From Paramecium tetraurelia (taxonomy: Eukaryota), in contig CT868026.1 in assembly GCA_000165425.1 (NCBI GenBank), positions 1 through 64,000 on the forward strand: 64,000 bases of DNA. Direction: 5' to 3'. The notes under the pieces are model-generated. The model made no database searches. It saw only the letters and a program-made list of their open reading frames with translations, and was not told where the DNA came from. Positions 50,668 through 63,225 of this stretch are shown in pieces. Each line of letters starts with the position of its first letter. The stretch's first letter is position 1. Made by a program: the position numbers and the translations under genes.

Positions 50668-50919
50668 ATGAATTAAGCTATTACAGTGATCATAACATTT
50701 GCACAGAAAAACAAAGTTTATAACATAGAAATAGATCCATTAACAAAAGTCTAAGAGTTAATCAATGAATTTCATGAAATGCTCCATCCAGCAGGAAATG
50801 AGAAGATATAATTAAAGTATTAAGGAACACAACTAAGACCAAACCAAACATTTGAAGAGCAAGGAGTAAGAAAAGGAACTTAAATTGAACTGCTGGTTGA
50901 AACCTAGGGTGGTCTCTGA
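50668..50919 (+). CDS. Stand-alone ubiquitin/SUMO-like protein (83 aa) ending ETQGG-L
   Basis: MNQAITVIITFAQKNKVYNIEIDPLTKVQELINEFHEMLHPAGNEKIQLKYQGTQLRPNQTFEEQGVRKGTQIELLVETQGGL-TGA; clear beta-grasp pattern (LxYxGxxL..T..E.G...G..I.L). Confidence 0.85.
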
Positions 50920-52080
50920 TTTATCAATTAAACGATGATTATTGTATTGTTAATTAATATTATAATGCAAAGAAAATAAGTACAACTCATCTTCGTTAAT
51001 TCATCTTTGTTCATTCATCTTACACTCAACCAATTTAGAGATTCTACAATCATTCTATTACTTTATTTAAATTATTAATAACAGCACATATATTACAATA
51101 AAAATTCTACTCATAGGAATCTTTATCAAAGGTTTTCGTTAAGTAAATTAAGTAATCTGCGAAGAATAGAATGTATTAAGGAGAACCATGGTTTTTAAAT
51201 AAGTATTTGAGAGTGAAGATAATGTTAATTTCTATTAAAAAATTCTTCAATTAATATAATAATCTTGGATTGATGATAAACACCAAACGAAGTATATTGT
51301 ATAAATAGGAGTGCAATACAATAACCCCTGAAAGGGAATTTGAGTGAAAGCAAGGAATAAGCATGTGACTAAAATAAGATAATTAAATGCTCATCGTTTT
51401 TTTGAATTCATGCTGATTTAAGTCACAATAAAGGAATAAATAGAACATATAAAAGGTGTATTATGTACCGCAGCAGAATATGAAGGAGATTAAGTTCATC
51501 AAAACATATTATAAATTATTTACTTCATTGTTGTTTAATACTATAAATTAAATCTATTAATGCAAATCACGCTGACTGTAAATACCACCAGGAGTATTGT
51601 AATAACAGAAGATACATTTAATTAATTGATGCTTAATATGGGAGGTAAATTATCATTTAAAATTAAAAATGAATAATTCCAACTATCTAAATACAGATTT
51701 TAATCTCAATGGATTTGATATTATGTTTAGCATACCCATAATATCTTAATATATTGCTTTAGTATTATTATAATTTCTATTCAATAAAGCTTTCAAATAA
51801 GTAGTATTTATAGTTAAACCCATTTTGTTATTCAAATATTATCTTTTTTTTCTATATTGATGTATATGGTTCTCATTTAAACATGGAGACTTTATGAATA
51901 GATATTTGTTATATAGTATTTGAGCACTTTCACATAGGATCGTTTCCTTTAAATGTGTAAACAATTATCAAACTACTTTAGAAATTCCTTCTCAAATTCA
52001 TGGAGCTATAAAGATAATACAGTGGATTATTAATAATTGATAATTAGATTGCAATAACAATTGATGGATAGAATTATAAT

Positions 52081-52717
52081 TCAATATCTAGATTTAGTTT
52101 TTGCTTAAATATTAGCAAATTGGGACAATTTTTTAAGTTATTCTGGCTGAGATTGCATTAATTGATTCTTTTTGATCGTTTCCTTTAGTAGTTTGCTTGA
52201 TTTGGTTTCTACTGAAATTCTACTCTTTGCAGTTGATGGTCTGTTAGAATACGCTTCGGCTTATTTCTTCTCAGCTACTGCTCCGTAATCAAAAGCCAGA
52301 ACATTTTTTATGGGAGAAGGAGTTCTGATTTTTAGAAATAACATTATACCTATTTTTTCTGCCGAACACTTGCTATTTAGGAATCTCAGTCATTTTTGGT
52401 TTACCTTAAACAACTTTTTATCTGATGTCATGTGATTATCTGAACTCTTAGAATTCTTTGGCTGTGCACAAATTATGTTTAATGCTCATTATATTTGTTT
52501 TTTTGAAATCCTTTTCTGGCCTAATATCCATAGAGGCAAAGTGTTGCATATGACACAATACTTCTCCCAGAGACTCTTCTTTTACAGCCACAGTTCTAGA
52601 TCCAAATGCACAATCGGGAATTGGGTAGGTACTTGGTTTTGCTTTGCCAACATCATCCTTTACAATTAGAGGATTTGCTGAGAATTTTTGCCAAGGGTAA
52701 ACAGTTTTATTTGACAT
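52081..52717 (-). CDS. CFAP77 (DUF4483)-like ciliary protein
   Basis: NPLIVKDDVGKAKPS..AFG..KDFKKTNIMSIKHNLCTAKEFQEFRQSHDIR..VFGRKN|RTPSPIKNVLAFDYG..KLSQFANIQAK resembles the CFAP77 pattern; TGA at 52081. Confidence 0.7.
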
Positions 52718-52939
52718 AATGACTAAATATATTAATTACTAATTTTATTAATAAATAAACACAGATATATATATATTATTAATAACAACATTATTAATCT
52801 CAATATTTACATTCGAAAGCTCTCAGAAGAGAGATATTAAGGTTAAATAGAGTAATATAGAAAAAAAATCAGCTAATAACGATTTTAATGAAATTTATCA
52901 AGTGATTTTTATAAAAAACCAAATTATTTCGCTATAAAG

Positions 52940-53365
52940 ATGGGTTGCTCAATAAAGAATATTTAAATTACAGATAACTAATCTAATTCTTCAGAGATTT
53001 CACAAGACTTGTAAGAGGTGGAAATATCTATACTTTCTATTCATAATGGAATAGAGTGCTTAAAGTTGAATATTTAACTTGAAAAATAAAATTATCCGGA
53101 TGATATTATCATGAATGAAATCTCAGAACAAATGCCGTCAAATTGGAGTTCTTAAGAATCGAGTATTCAATCAGATCGTCCATCGATGAAATCCTGCTTA
53201 AAACAATTAAGCAGCAGTCTATCATTATCAAAACAAACACCTGAAAAAAAAGTTCATTTTCATGTTTCTAAGTCAAAATTTTCATAATAGAAGAAATAAA
53301 AAAAAAGAAGAAGGAAAACTGTCAACCGCCCTTAGAAATAAATTAATTTAGATGAAATATTTTGA
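52940..53365 (+). CDS. Small disordered protein with an MGC N-terminus and SILK-like plus RVxF motifs
   Basis: MGCSIKNIQ..RPSMKSCLKQLS..PEKKVHFHVS..KKRRRK..LDEIF-TGA; start and stop are in frame (142 codons). Confidence 0.7.
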
Positions 53366-53739
53366 AAATACATATTAGAACATTAATATCAATTTAGATA
53401 TTTTTATTATATTATCTTAATTAACTATCAATTCAACAGAAAAATGTAGAAACTTTATATTAGATTAACAAATTTGGTTTATTGCCTCTATTTTTTAATC
53501 ATAGACAATAAACTCCAATATTTTCGTGCAATGATTTTTAATAATTAAAATGTAAAATAATTATTTTGATAATAGTTCACCTTTAGAATAACCCTTATAT
53601 ATTTATAATTATAGAAAATTTTAATAATTTGTGACAAGTCGTATTAATTATTTTTATCAAATGTTATAAGATGCAAATTGGGTAAAATTAAATTTTTAAT
53701 TTTTTGAAAAAAGCCTGATAACAACAAATTATATATATA

Positions 53740-54996
53740 TTAAACAGATAATTTATTTCAATTACTTAATTATTAATATGCATCTGCTTCATTTAATTAC
53801 ACTAAATCTAATAAACCATATATGTGCAAGCATTCTCCTCCAATATTCGTGCTCTTAACATGTACTCACATAACCCAAGGACTTTTTTCATTAATATCAA
53901 AATCTTTGATACTGCCTCTTTATAATGACGGTAGTTTCTTTGGTTTAGAAGATAACAGAATAAAGATCTCCACTTTCAATAGTCAAAAGATATCAATAAG
54001 GTCTAATTACAATGATTAAACTTTTTAAAGATTAGCGACTTCCTTGACATATTCTTGAATTCCAATTTATTTGTGTTTATCAATGATGTGTACACTTCCA
54101 GCTAATGAACCCCTTGCGATGTTATTTTCATCATATTGACCCCAACTTACACAATGGATATCCTTCTTATGTAATTCTCTGTCTATACTTTATCTAAACT
54201 CCAACATTTCCCTCCTCCTATTCTCTAATCCCAAAATAATTTATCTGTTTTAACAATAAGATTCTAATTATTCTGATTAAGACATGTCTTCAAATTCTGC
54301 TTGATTCCCCTTCAAGACCGTTCTTCTTATCTAATTTAATTGAATCGTTTTACATATGCTGCTTAATTCTCTTGCTTGTGAATAAACGATTGATAATCAT
54401 TAATATCCCACAATACAATTTTACAATCCTTGCCTCCGCTTCCTAATTTTTATTCTTATGACCAATCCAAAGCAGTTGAATGACCCTGTAGGTATATCTG
54501 CATGTGGGTCTTTTGTATTTTATTGTGCTTTTTTTTTGTGACAATCCACACAAGCACATTGCTATTGTAACTCTTCGTAGCAATTAATTTTTGAGTAGAA
54601 TTGCATTTGATGATATTTACATCTCACCGATGAACAATTATTTGGCTTATTTTAAAATGAGAATTATTATAAAATTGCAATTGCTGGAACACAAAAGTAA
54701 CTTAGTGATTTATGTGATATTTCACTTATGGGATGTCTGGATACTCATTTTAGATTACCTACAGTAGTCACGATTAATTGACAAAGCGTTTATTTCCATA
54801 TATTGGTAAATTCATCATAAATTCCATCTGTTTTAATGGCAAAATATACTTTTTGTCTAGTGTATTTTTTGGATTCAATCACAATTAGTCCCCATTTCCA
54901 AGAAGTAACTGGCCAGTCTATGGCGTTTTATATGTGAGATCTGTAATGCAAGCCCTACAAATCTCAATTGTATTATTTAGGAGTTAAATTATTCAT
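53740..54996 (-). pseudogene. MSI/RBBP4 (CAF-1 p48)-like WD40 histone-binding protein pseudogene
   Basis: Remnants AIDWPVTSWKWG, FKISQIIVH..DVNIIK..LIATKS..VLVW, LQGHSTALDWS..GSGGKDCKIVLWDI, LHKKDIHCVSW..IARGSLAGSVHIID, split across frames. In-frame TGA at codon 11 (54964-54966) and further stops. The 3' end is approximate. Confidence 0.75.
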
Positions 54997-55245
54997 GTTG
55001 GATATCAATAATATTGAAATTTATATTTATTTTCCTTTGATTAGAAATATTAAGCATTTTCATGTTCAATTAGGCTTCTCGACATTTATTGTATATCTAA
55101 CTGGGATGATGACTGTTTTTTGAATTGACTGAACACGTTGAGGTAATTAAGATGACTTTTCTTAAATTCGGATATTATAAATTAATTCTAAACAAACCAT
55201 ACTTCCCAAATCATTCTGTATTAATTAAACAAGATTTTTTACAAA

Positions 55246-55601
55246 ATGGATTAAACTTACAAAAGAAGCAAACGAACATACATCAAGAGTTCTTTGTAAA
55301 CCAGAAAACTTTTAGCTGAACTAGTCTTAATTTAAGGACTCAAAATAAAAAATGTAAGAATTTCTCTATCTCTATAAAGGCCGCTAAGAAATTACAGATC
55401 AAGTATGCAACTGCGAAATCGATCATCCTATATTACAGGTAGAATGTAATTAAGAAATAACAGAATTACAAACCAACAAAGCAATGTTCTTATGCTTCAA
55501 TTAAAAGTGCTATTACTTATACTATTGTATCGAAATTAGCAGGGTAGCATGTAAATTCAAGATGTATTCACTTCTTAAACGTTACAGAATCTAAAAAATG
55601 A
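55246..55601 (+). CDS. Small helix-turn-helix protein, paralogue 2
   Basis: MDQTYKRSKRTYIKSSLQTRKLLAELVLIQGLKIKN|phase-0 intron|AAKKLQIKYATAKSIILYYR..KQCSY..IVSKLAGQ..KK-TGA. Confidence 0.8.
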
Positions 55602-56010
55602 ATAAATATATATTATAAATGAATTATTATTGGTGTGATTTTCATAGTAGAGGAAAACATCAAAAGTTGATTCCATAAGTAGAAGGTCCTTGAGTTTGTA
55701 ATGTTATTTTAGTATTTAATGGTAAGTAATTTATTTCTTAAAATTTTAATGATAAATTCTAAAGGTCATTTTTATTTTATGTTATTTAGAAATCAGGATA
55801 TCCGATTGGTGGATGAATCAAGTTTTTGGTCTTAAATTTCATAAGAATAATCTTAATTCAAAGTAAGTAATTAAAAAAGATTATAAAATTAATTGTAATT
55901 AAACTGTTCCTTATATATGTAAATCTTGGTTCATAGTAGTCATGCGGGAACAATAAAATAATATCAGAAGTATTTCTATTATTATATATTAAATTATACA
56001 ATAATTTGTA

Positions 56011-59000
56011 ATGGGTCATTGTACAAGTTAAATTTAACATAACAAATCTCCTCAAAAATAAAATCCGAAAACACTTTCAATGGGAACAATGAAATTCAAT
56101 AGTGAGCTATTTAATATTAGATTGACTCATCCATCTAAGTCATGCTATCTTAAAATTGATATCGGTGGATATTTCAAATGCGATACTCCGAAGCATTTCG
56201 ACTTAGAGGGCAAACATGGTGTAAGATTGCATAGTTATATAATAATAGTGGAAGAGAAAAATAACATTGCAATTAGAAGCGAGTGAATTATAATTGAAGG
56301 AAAAATATTTGGTTTTCTTTCTGTATGAGGATGATAAAGAACTGTCTCAATTGAGGATTGCCTTGTATGACATTATTCAGGGGCCTCAATTTTTTGATTA
56401 CCAAATAGGTAAGGGCAGATTGTCGTTTAATATGATAATGGCTTAGATCCTTTAATTAGAGATAAACCCTTAAGATATGATATGCACAATGAACACATGC
56501 ATATAAGAGAAATAATATGTATTCAATTTGAGGTTGGTGACTCGAAAGATGCAATTCCTCTCAGAAAATTCAGAGAAGTTTAATAACCCTGCTTTCATAA
56601 GAGGCAGAAGTGCATCATACAATAGCATTCAGGATGAGTTATTCAGAATACAATGGCTGAGCACAGAAATGCCTCGATTGATAGTGGAATTGCCAATGAA
56701 TGAGATCTCAAGTTCTTCATTGTAGGTTTGCATTTGGAGTATAAATAAATCCTTAGAGGATCATTCCCCAACTCGAAAGTCTGTCAAATCTCTAAATTTT
56801 CATGTGGAATCAATAGAACAAGTGTTGTTTGCTGAATCGAACATCGCTCTAAATTATTTGCTATAGAATCAGGAGGAATAGATGGATGATCATAGTATTC
56901 ACAGATGCAATATAACCAAAGGATTGTGGTTAAGAGGGAATAAGATCGGACAGATGCAATCAGACTTTAGGATTAAGATTCCGGTGTATTTGAAATAATA
57001 GATGATTGGGTTGAGAACGGAGAAGGGATGCACTATAGGGACAGGTATATTAGCAAATTAAAGCATAAAGGAAATTAGTGAAGTAGTAAATCACTTTGAG
57101 AAATTGAGTTAGGTAATGTTTAAATTATCATCCAACAATCAAGATTCATAAAAGTAGCAATTGATGACTGAATTGCAGAACTCGGCTTAGTAATTGTTGG
57201 TAGTGGTGAGTAAAAGTGATAAAGATTCACAATTGCGATAATTTTATTACAAGAGTTATGATGATTTGATGAAGGGCTAGGAGATATTCATAAAAATTGC
57301 AGAGAATCTCTTGAATTTTGTGGACAAAATAGAAGGTAATATTAGAGAGATCTATTATGACATTTTATTAATTGTATGCACTAGAGGTGAATTAAGTTTA
57401 GGGTCAATGGGATATTTTGATGATTGCAAATAATTAAATAAAAAGCAATTGAAGTTTAAGAGTCAAATCTGTTGTCATTTTTAATAATTTCTATATAACA
57501 CATTAAACATTGCTTTATAAAAGATCTGTTTGAAAGCTATGTCTCCTAAAGAGAAGGCATTCGTTGAAAAATTCTTGGTGAGTTCATTTTTCAAAGTTCC
57601 TGAATTTAGGGAAGCCTTTGTTAATGCGCTGCAAAATCCAAATGATCCTGAATTATCGGAATGGCGTGGGACTGATTATTAATTAGATGACCCTGAGAAT
57701 TTCAGAACTGAACAAATCACGGTGTTATTTGATTGGCAGAGTTACTTTTACAATTATTTGCCTTCTAATTTAAATATCAATGCTGTTACATTGACTTCAG
57801 ATGAAGAATGGCGTAGGATCATTGCTAAAAGAAACACAACATTCTTCTTCCTTGTTTAAGCTTTATGTTTACATATCTAATAAAAGTTCTAAAAGGACAT
57901 CATTCCGTGGAAGGATATTCCTGGATATCGAAAGATTTTGAAGACTCTATTGTGTGAATTAAAAATAAGGGAATCATATCCTGATGCTATGATCAATGCA
58001 ATCACTCAGGTTGTTACTAATGGAGGTCCGTTGAATGTTATTATTATGATATTGTACAATAAAACTAAGTAAATACTTTGTAGTATATATATTAATAGCA
58101 TTTTTTCGAGTGATAGAGTTGTCCATGTGATGGATTTGATAAGTTAATGTATATAGCAATGTTAAGCCATTCCAACTAACTTTGATTACCCATTTTTTTT
58201 GAATGGATTGAGAGTGGCAGTTACTCAAAGTGAAAACGCTTATGTGATCGCCAAGAGTTTGCACTTAATCTATAATAACTATTTAGTATTCCCATTAGAA
58301 TTTAAAAAAGCCATCGTGGACTTTCTATTTGAAGGTCAGTGTTATGAATTGTTTTTGCATTGGTCTAAGACCGTTAGGAGTGTTTATATCAGTCTACTGA
58401 TCTATCGAATTTATCATCTCCATAGAAATAACAAGATTCAAATTACAGATGAAAATTAATTTGACAAATAGTACTTCCAAATTACTAAACCAAAAAGATT
58501 GCAGAGTTATTACGAGAATAGAAAGGAGGAGACTCAATTGATGGTATCTGATTAATTATTTTTAGTTAGAGTGACTATATTTATTTGAAGTATTCTAGAT
58601 TTATGATGAATATTGAATCAGCCAAAGCCAAATTCTTCAGTAAATCTTTAAATAAAGAATTGCCGTTGGTGTAAAGGATGAAGATGAAATTAGAATAAAA
58701 ACTGAAAGTCGAAGGTTCATCTTTTAGAGATTTGGTCATTTGTGAAGAATAGAGCAAAAATCCAATCACTGAAATGGATAAAAGAATAATCTACGAGAGA
58801 AAGATAGAGTTCAGGAATCCAAACAAAAAGAAAACCATTATCCTCAATGATAGTCATATCAGATATCTTTCTACTGCTTTGACTGAATACAACGAAATGC
58901 AAAAACAATACACTAAATGGAGATAATAGAACATTGCCTCTGTTTAGGCTTCCATTCAAGGAATGACTGATGAAGAAAAAGCTGCAAAACTCACCTAGTT

Positions 59001-59061
59001 CCCAGTTCCACAAATAAAGCTCATGCAAACCTATGACATGAAGGAAGGCAAACAGGATTGA
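56011..59061 (+). CDS. Large conserved hypothetical protein: MGHC N-terminus, C2-like beta region, helical DUF1765-like C-terminal region
   Basis: Long ciliate-code ORF with tiny introns; motifs SFFKVPEFR, LFDWQSYFY, IPWKDIPGY, FDYPFFLNG, LFLHWSKTVRSVYISLLIYRI. Domain names come from pattern resemblance only. Confidence 0.7.
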
Positions 59062-59144
59062 CATTGTATTATGTTTTCACTAAATTATTTGATAATATTA
59101 TGTTTAACATTTTCATTGGCATTTTTGGTCCCAATAATCAAATG

Positions 59145-60471
59145 TCACTGCAATATAATGTTATTATATTGCTTATTTGGTTAACTTTGATTTTACATCA
59201 TGTTGACCGTACTAGTTGTTTCTAGTTTTGGTTAACATTGAATAAACATCTGATATTAAAACATTTTAAATAAATGACTAATATCTGCTAATGTATACAA
59301 TTATCCCATGTTATTTGAACATCCCAAGCACCTTGGACACAATTGTGGATTAAATTGAACACCAGGTTAATTTGAATTACAAATAAATTACTATTCCTAT
59401 TATTAAATAGTTCCCAATTATTCTTATTACTCATTCACGCCTAATAATAACTATTATTATTGATTAATCCCAAGCTGCCCATATTCCATTACAAATTTTT
59501 AGAAGGCTTCGCTTTAATATTAATACTATTGATGCAACAACTCTTAAGGGTTATATTAATTTTCATTTTTATTTGGTTCTTCCTTGACAAATACTTCCTC
59601 GGATACTTAGTTCTTTTTTTCATCCATATCTATATTTTCTTATTTCACATTAATCGATGTGCATTTCTTCACCTTAGACCGAGTCATTCTATCAGCAGCA
59701 TCCAATTTCAAAGTCTTTAGTTAGGATTTCTTTATTTTAATAGAACTATTTATAAATTTATATTATTTGTTTTTCTTTTTCTTTTTATATTTTGTAATAT
59801 TTAATGAATCTTAAGAATCTTCCTATTGGTCATCTTCATCAGATTCCTCTAGATCAGATTGATACTTTCTTTTTAGGTTGGCATAAAATCTATTTTTAAC
59901 CATATTTTCCTAATAAATAAGTAAAGGATATTACAGGACGACCATTTAAAAAAGTGGAGATATAACTCCACTTAGTTCCAAACTTCTTGTATAGTCTCAA
60001 AATTATTTTATCCTCCTCATCAGTCCATTTCTCATTGTTAATATGTCCTTAGAGCTGATTTAGATAACGTTCTCTAACTTGCTTTCCAGTTCTCCAATTC
60101 ATAACTGTGCATATCTTACTCCATTTTTTCCCATACTTCTGCACCAATTCCTTTAATTATTCATCCTCCTCTTGGGACCACAATTGTCTTTAAAGCGTCT
60201 TAAATCAAATAAAAAATATTACATTTTCTGGATGTAATGATTGCCATTTCATCATGCACTCAAGTGGGTTTGGTCCGTTTAAATACTTACTTATCGATTT
60301 CCAATTCCCCTATTGACAATCGTACTGTTCGTTCAGTTTCTCAACCTCTTCAGCCGTCCAAACATAATTACACTTTTTAGTTAATAAATTAGAACAAACC
60401 TCATAAATGCCTTCCGAATTAACTCTGCTTTTCATCTAGTTGGATGCAGCACTAATCTCAGATGTAATCAT
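59145..60471 (-). CDS. Three-repeat Myb transcription factor
   Basis: WTAEEVEKL..NWKSISKYL..ECMMKW; WSQEEDEQLKELVQKYGKKWSKIC..RTGKQVRERYLNQL; WTDEEDKIILRLYKKFGTKWSYISTFLNGRP|ENMVKNRFY; Gln-rich C-terminus. Confidence 0.92.
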
Positions 60472-60559
60472 TTCTTTTTTAAAAAATATTACATAAAATC
60501 AAACTCGATATCACATTTAATACTAAGAAATGACAAATTATACTTTATTCCAATCTTTA

Positions 60560-61944
60560 ATTTCTAATTACATACATGTATACAAACACAATCTACAATC
60601 ATGCAACTCTAAACAGAATCATTCAAATAATAAATCATTAACGTAATATTTTCAATTCCCATTAAAATCATCTCAAATATTATTATATTTATATCAAAAA
60701 AGCTCCATAATTTCGTTTCCAAATTAAAGATAAGCTTAATTGGCTCTTTTAAAATCACTTCTTCTATCCCAAAATCAATAATACTTTTCAAACCTATTAT
60801 AATCATTGACATCACCCTCCTCTTTGTGTCATTCTTTAAATGGCTAATTTGTTCACACTTCCTAAAGCCTTCTCCCCCTTCATACAAATCCGTCTATTGT
60901 ATTAGAAAATGTAATTCTAACTTTTCATTTTCTTTCAAAAAATAGATTGCCAAAATTTTCATTATGTCATAATAATACTCTAATGTTTCTCGGGATAATT
61001 GAACCATTATTTGTATTTTATTCGAACATAACTCGCTGAATTATAGGTAACTTTGCACCATTTAACAAATTAGGTCTAACTCTAAACTCAATTTATAATA
61101 CAAAACTTTTTAGAAGAATAGAAGCAATCTCAAAAAATGTCAACATTATAGAATATTAGATTTAGGTTAAAGATTTATACCTTTTAACAATCATCTATTA
61201 CTACTATTTCTCTACCGTTATTAATTGTAATATACATATATTCATTATCATATATTAATATATAAAGCACTATATGATCAGCAACATTTAAGCAGCAGCG
61301 GTGACTTAGATTAAATTTATTGACAGCTCTCCACAAAAATATTGAAATAGATTTATGTTATCAATTGTTTAAATGTATGCTGTCCTGGTAGTGCACTTGT
61401 GTTCCCACCTTTCTTTAATTTAATTTAATTTTGTATTTTTTTCTAAATCCTCATTCTCAAGGACCATGGTATCAATAGTCTTATTGTCTTCCCCACTTGG
61501 TTTTTTTTATATTTAATGGCAAACAAAACCAAATGTCCTATGTAATATGTCCTTTCCCTCTTTTCTATTAATCTAAATTGTCTATCAATTATGGTTTAGT
61601 GTGGCAAATTTCTATGTTCCCTCCTCATCTTATTTTTCCTTTTTACAACTTACACTATCTAATATAAATATTCTTATTAACAATTTTAAATTTCTATTTC
61701 TTAAAATAAATCTTAATCCTCACTCAATAATAATGATATTCAATTTAACTGATTCTTACTTGTAGCTTTGTCTTACTAATCCTTCATACTACATCTTTAT
61801 CTTAATTGCTCGTTGTTTGCTTATATTAATTGATATTAAATTATCAAACCTTATTTTATTTCATCTAAAAATTTATTATTTTTTAGTTTTACTTAAATTG
61901 AGTGGAATGATATTTATATCTTTCAGCTTAATTTTCTCATTCAT
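60560..61944 (-). pseudogene. Hypothetical or degenerate coding sequence
   Basis: Coding-like segments (MNEKIKLKDINIIPLNL.., GEDNKTIDTMVLENEDLEKIQ.., DLYEGGEGFRKCEQISHL..) are interrupted by TGAs or frame changes I could not resolve with introns. Confidence 0.3.
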
Positions 61945-62894
61945 TCCAAAACAATATTAAATTTGTATTATTATTCAAAATTTTCAGAAATGATAATTTC
62001 AATTCTGATGTTTAGCGTGAACACTAACTTTAGAAGTAATTAAAACTTTAATACAATTAATTCTAAGATTAAAAGAAAGAATAGATTATTTGAATAATTG
62101 AGTAAGACTGATTTGAGTAAATAAATTGATTTATTTAATTATTAAAATCTAAATTCAATATTAATATAGAAATTTTAAGATTTTTTTACATAAACTCAAC
62201 TTAAGTGACAGGAATATTGGTGTTCTAGTGAATACTTAAAGTAATTGAAATAATGGAATGTTGAGCGCAAAGTGAAAGAAAAGCTGAAAAGTTAGCTTGT
62301 AGAAATCTTTATTTAAGATAATCAATTTTTGCAAAGCACTTAGTATTTTCTTTAAATTTGAATAATTCATTTTGAAATATTTAAGAAATTAGCAAGTAAG
62401 CCTATAATGGAATATTTTTGAAATTCGTTTATGGTTACTTAAATTTGATAAAAATCGAACTTGACACTATATTTAATCAAAAATATGGATTCAAAAGTTT
62501 GTGAAAGAGTAAGAAAATTTCTTTATTTATTAAATAATAATATATATTAATAATAACAAATCCATATAGACTTTTCTCATACAAGGAGTGATTTTAGAAT
62601 TAGAACGCCATGAATCCAAAGTATTGAAATTATCAGAAATTTGAATCAGAAAAGAAAATCAAAAATATTTATTAAATTCATAAGTTCGCCAAAAATTTTG
62701 ATTGGTTACTTTAACATCGGTTATTGTAATAATAAAAAGCTCGAAAATCTGTAAACAATAGAAGATATTATTGGGGATTCTTATTAATAATTATCAAAAT
62801 ATGAATAAATTCGAGGATTGATTTTTCTTTATAAATTAAAATCAGCCAAGTCTTATCTAATAATTTTTATTATTTTTCAATTTGGAAATCTTAT

Positions 62895-63225
62895 ATGAAA
62901 CAAAGTACTTAATCTATTCTCAAGTTACGCCCCTACAAGAAAGTGCCTCAAGATAAAAAAAAGCAACTAGTTGAACTGGTATTTTAGAAAGATTGGAAAA
63001 TTAAAAAGGTCTCTATTTATTATTTAGCAATAGGCTTCACTCTACCTCCATATCAATTACGCTACTGCTAAGAACGTCGTTCTGAAATATAGAAAGTTTT
63101 CCATTCAAAAAAAAACCTCAAAGCTTCCAGAATCCAAGAGATGCTAGTACAAACTAATTGGATTATCCAAATCAAGAATCTAAGTTATAAGTAGTAAGGG
63201 AGGAATACAATAAGGGGATGTATGA
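62895..63225 (+). CDS. Small helix-turn-helix protein, paralogue 3
   Basis: MKQSTQSILKLRPYKKVPQDKKKQLVELVFQKDWKIKK|phase-0 intron|ASLYLHINYATAKNVVLKYRK..KRCQY..VISSKGG..DV-TGA. Confidence 0.8.

Noticed and set aside
42691..50919. Functional link between each Ubl gene and a nearby 5S gene
   Set aside because: Distances and orientations differ and there is no shared flanking sequence, so it is probably coincidence.
51270..51336. Candidate C/D-box snoRNA or telomerase RNA (TTGATGA...CTGA, aacccc, small hairpins)
   Set aside because: No terminal stem, no rRNA guide I can identify, and no UGUCA-plus-template pattern. The surrounding 51100-52000 region looks like decayed coding sequence. An Infernal/snoscan search would settle it.
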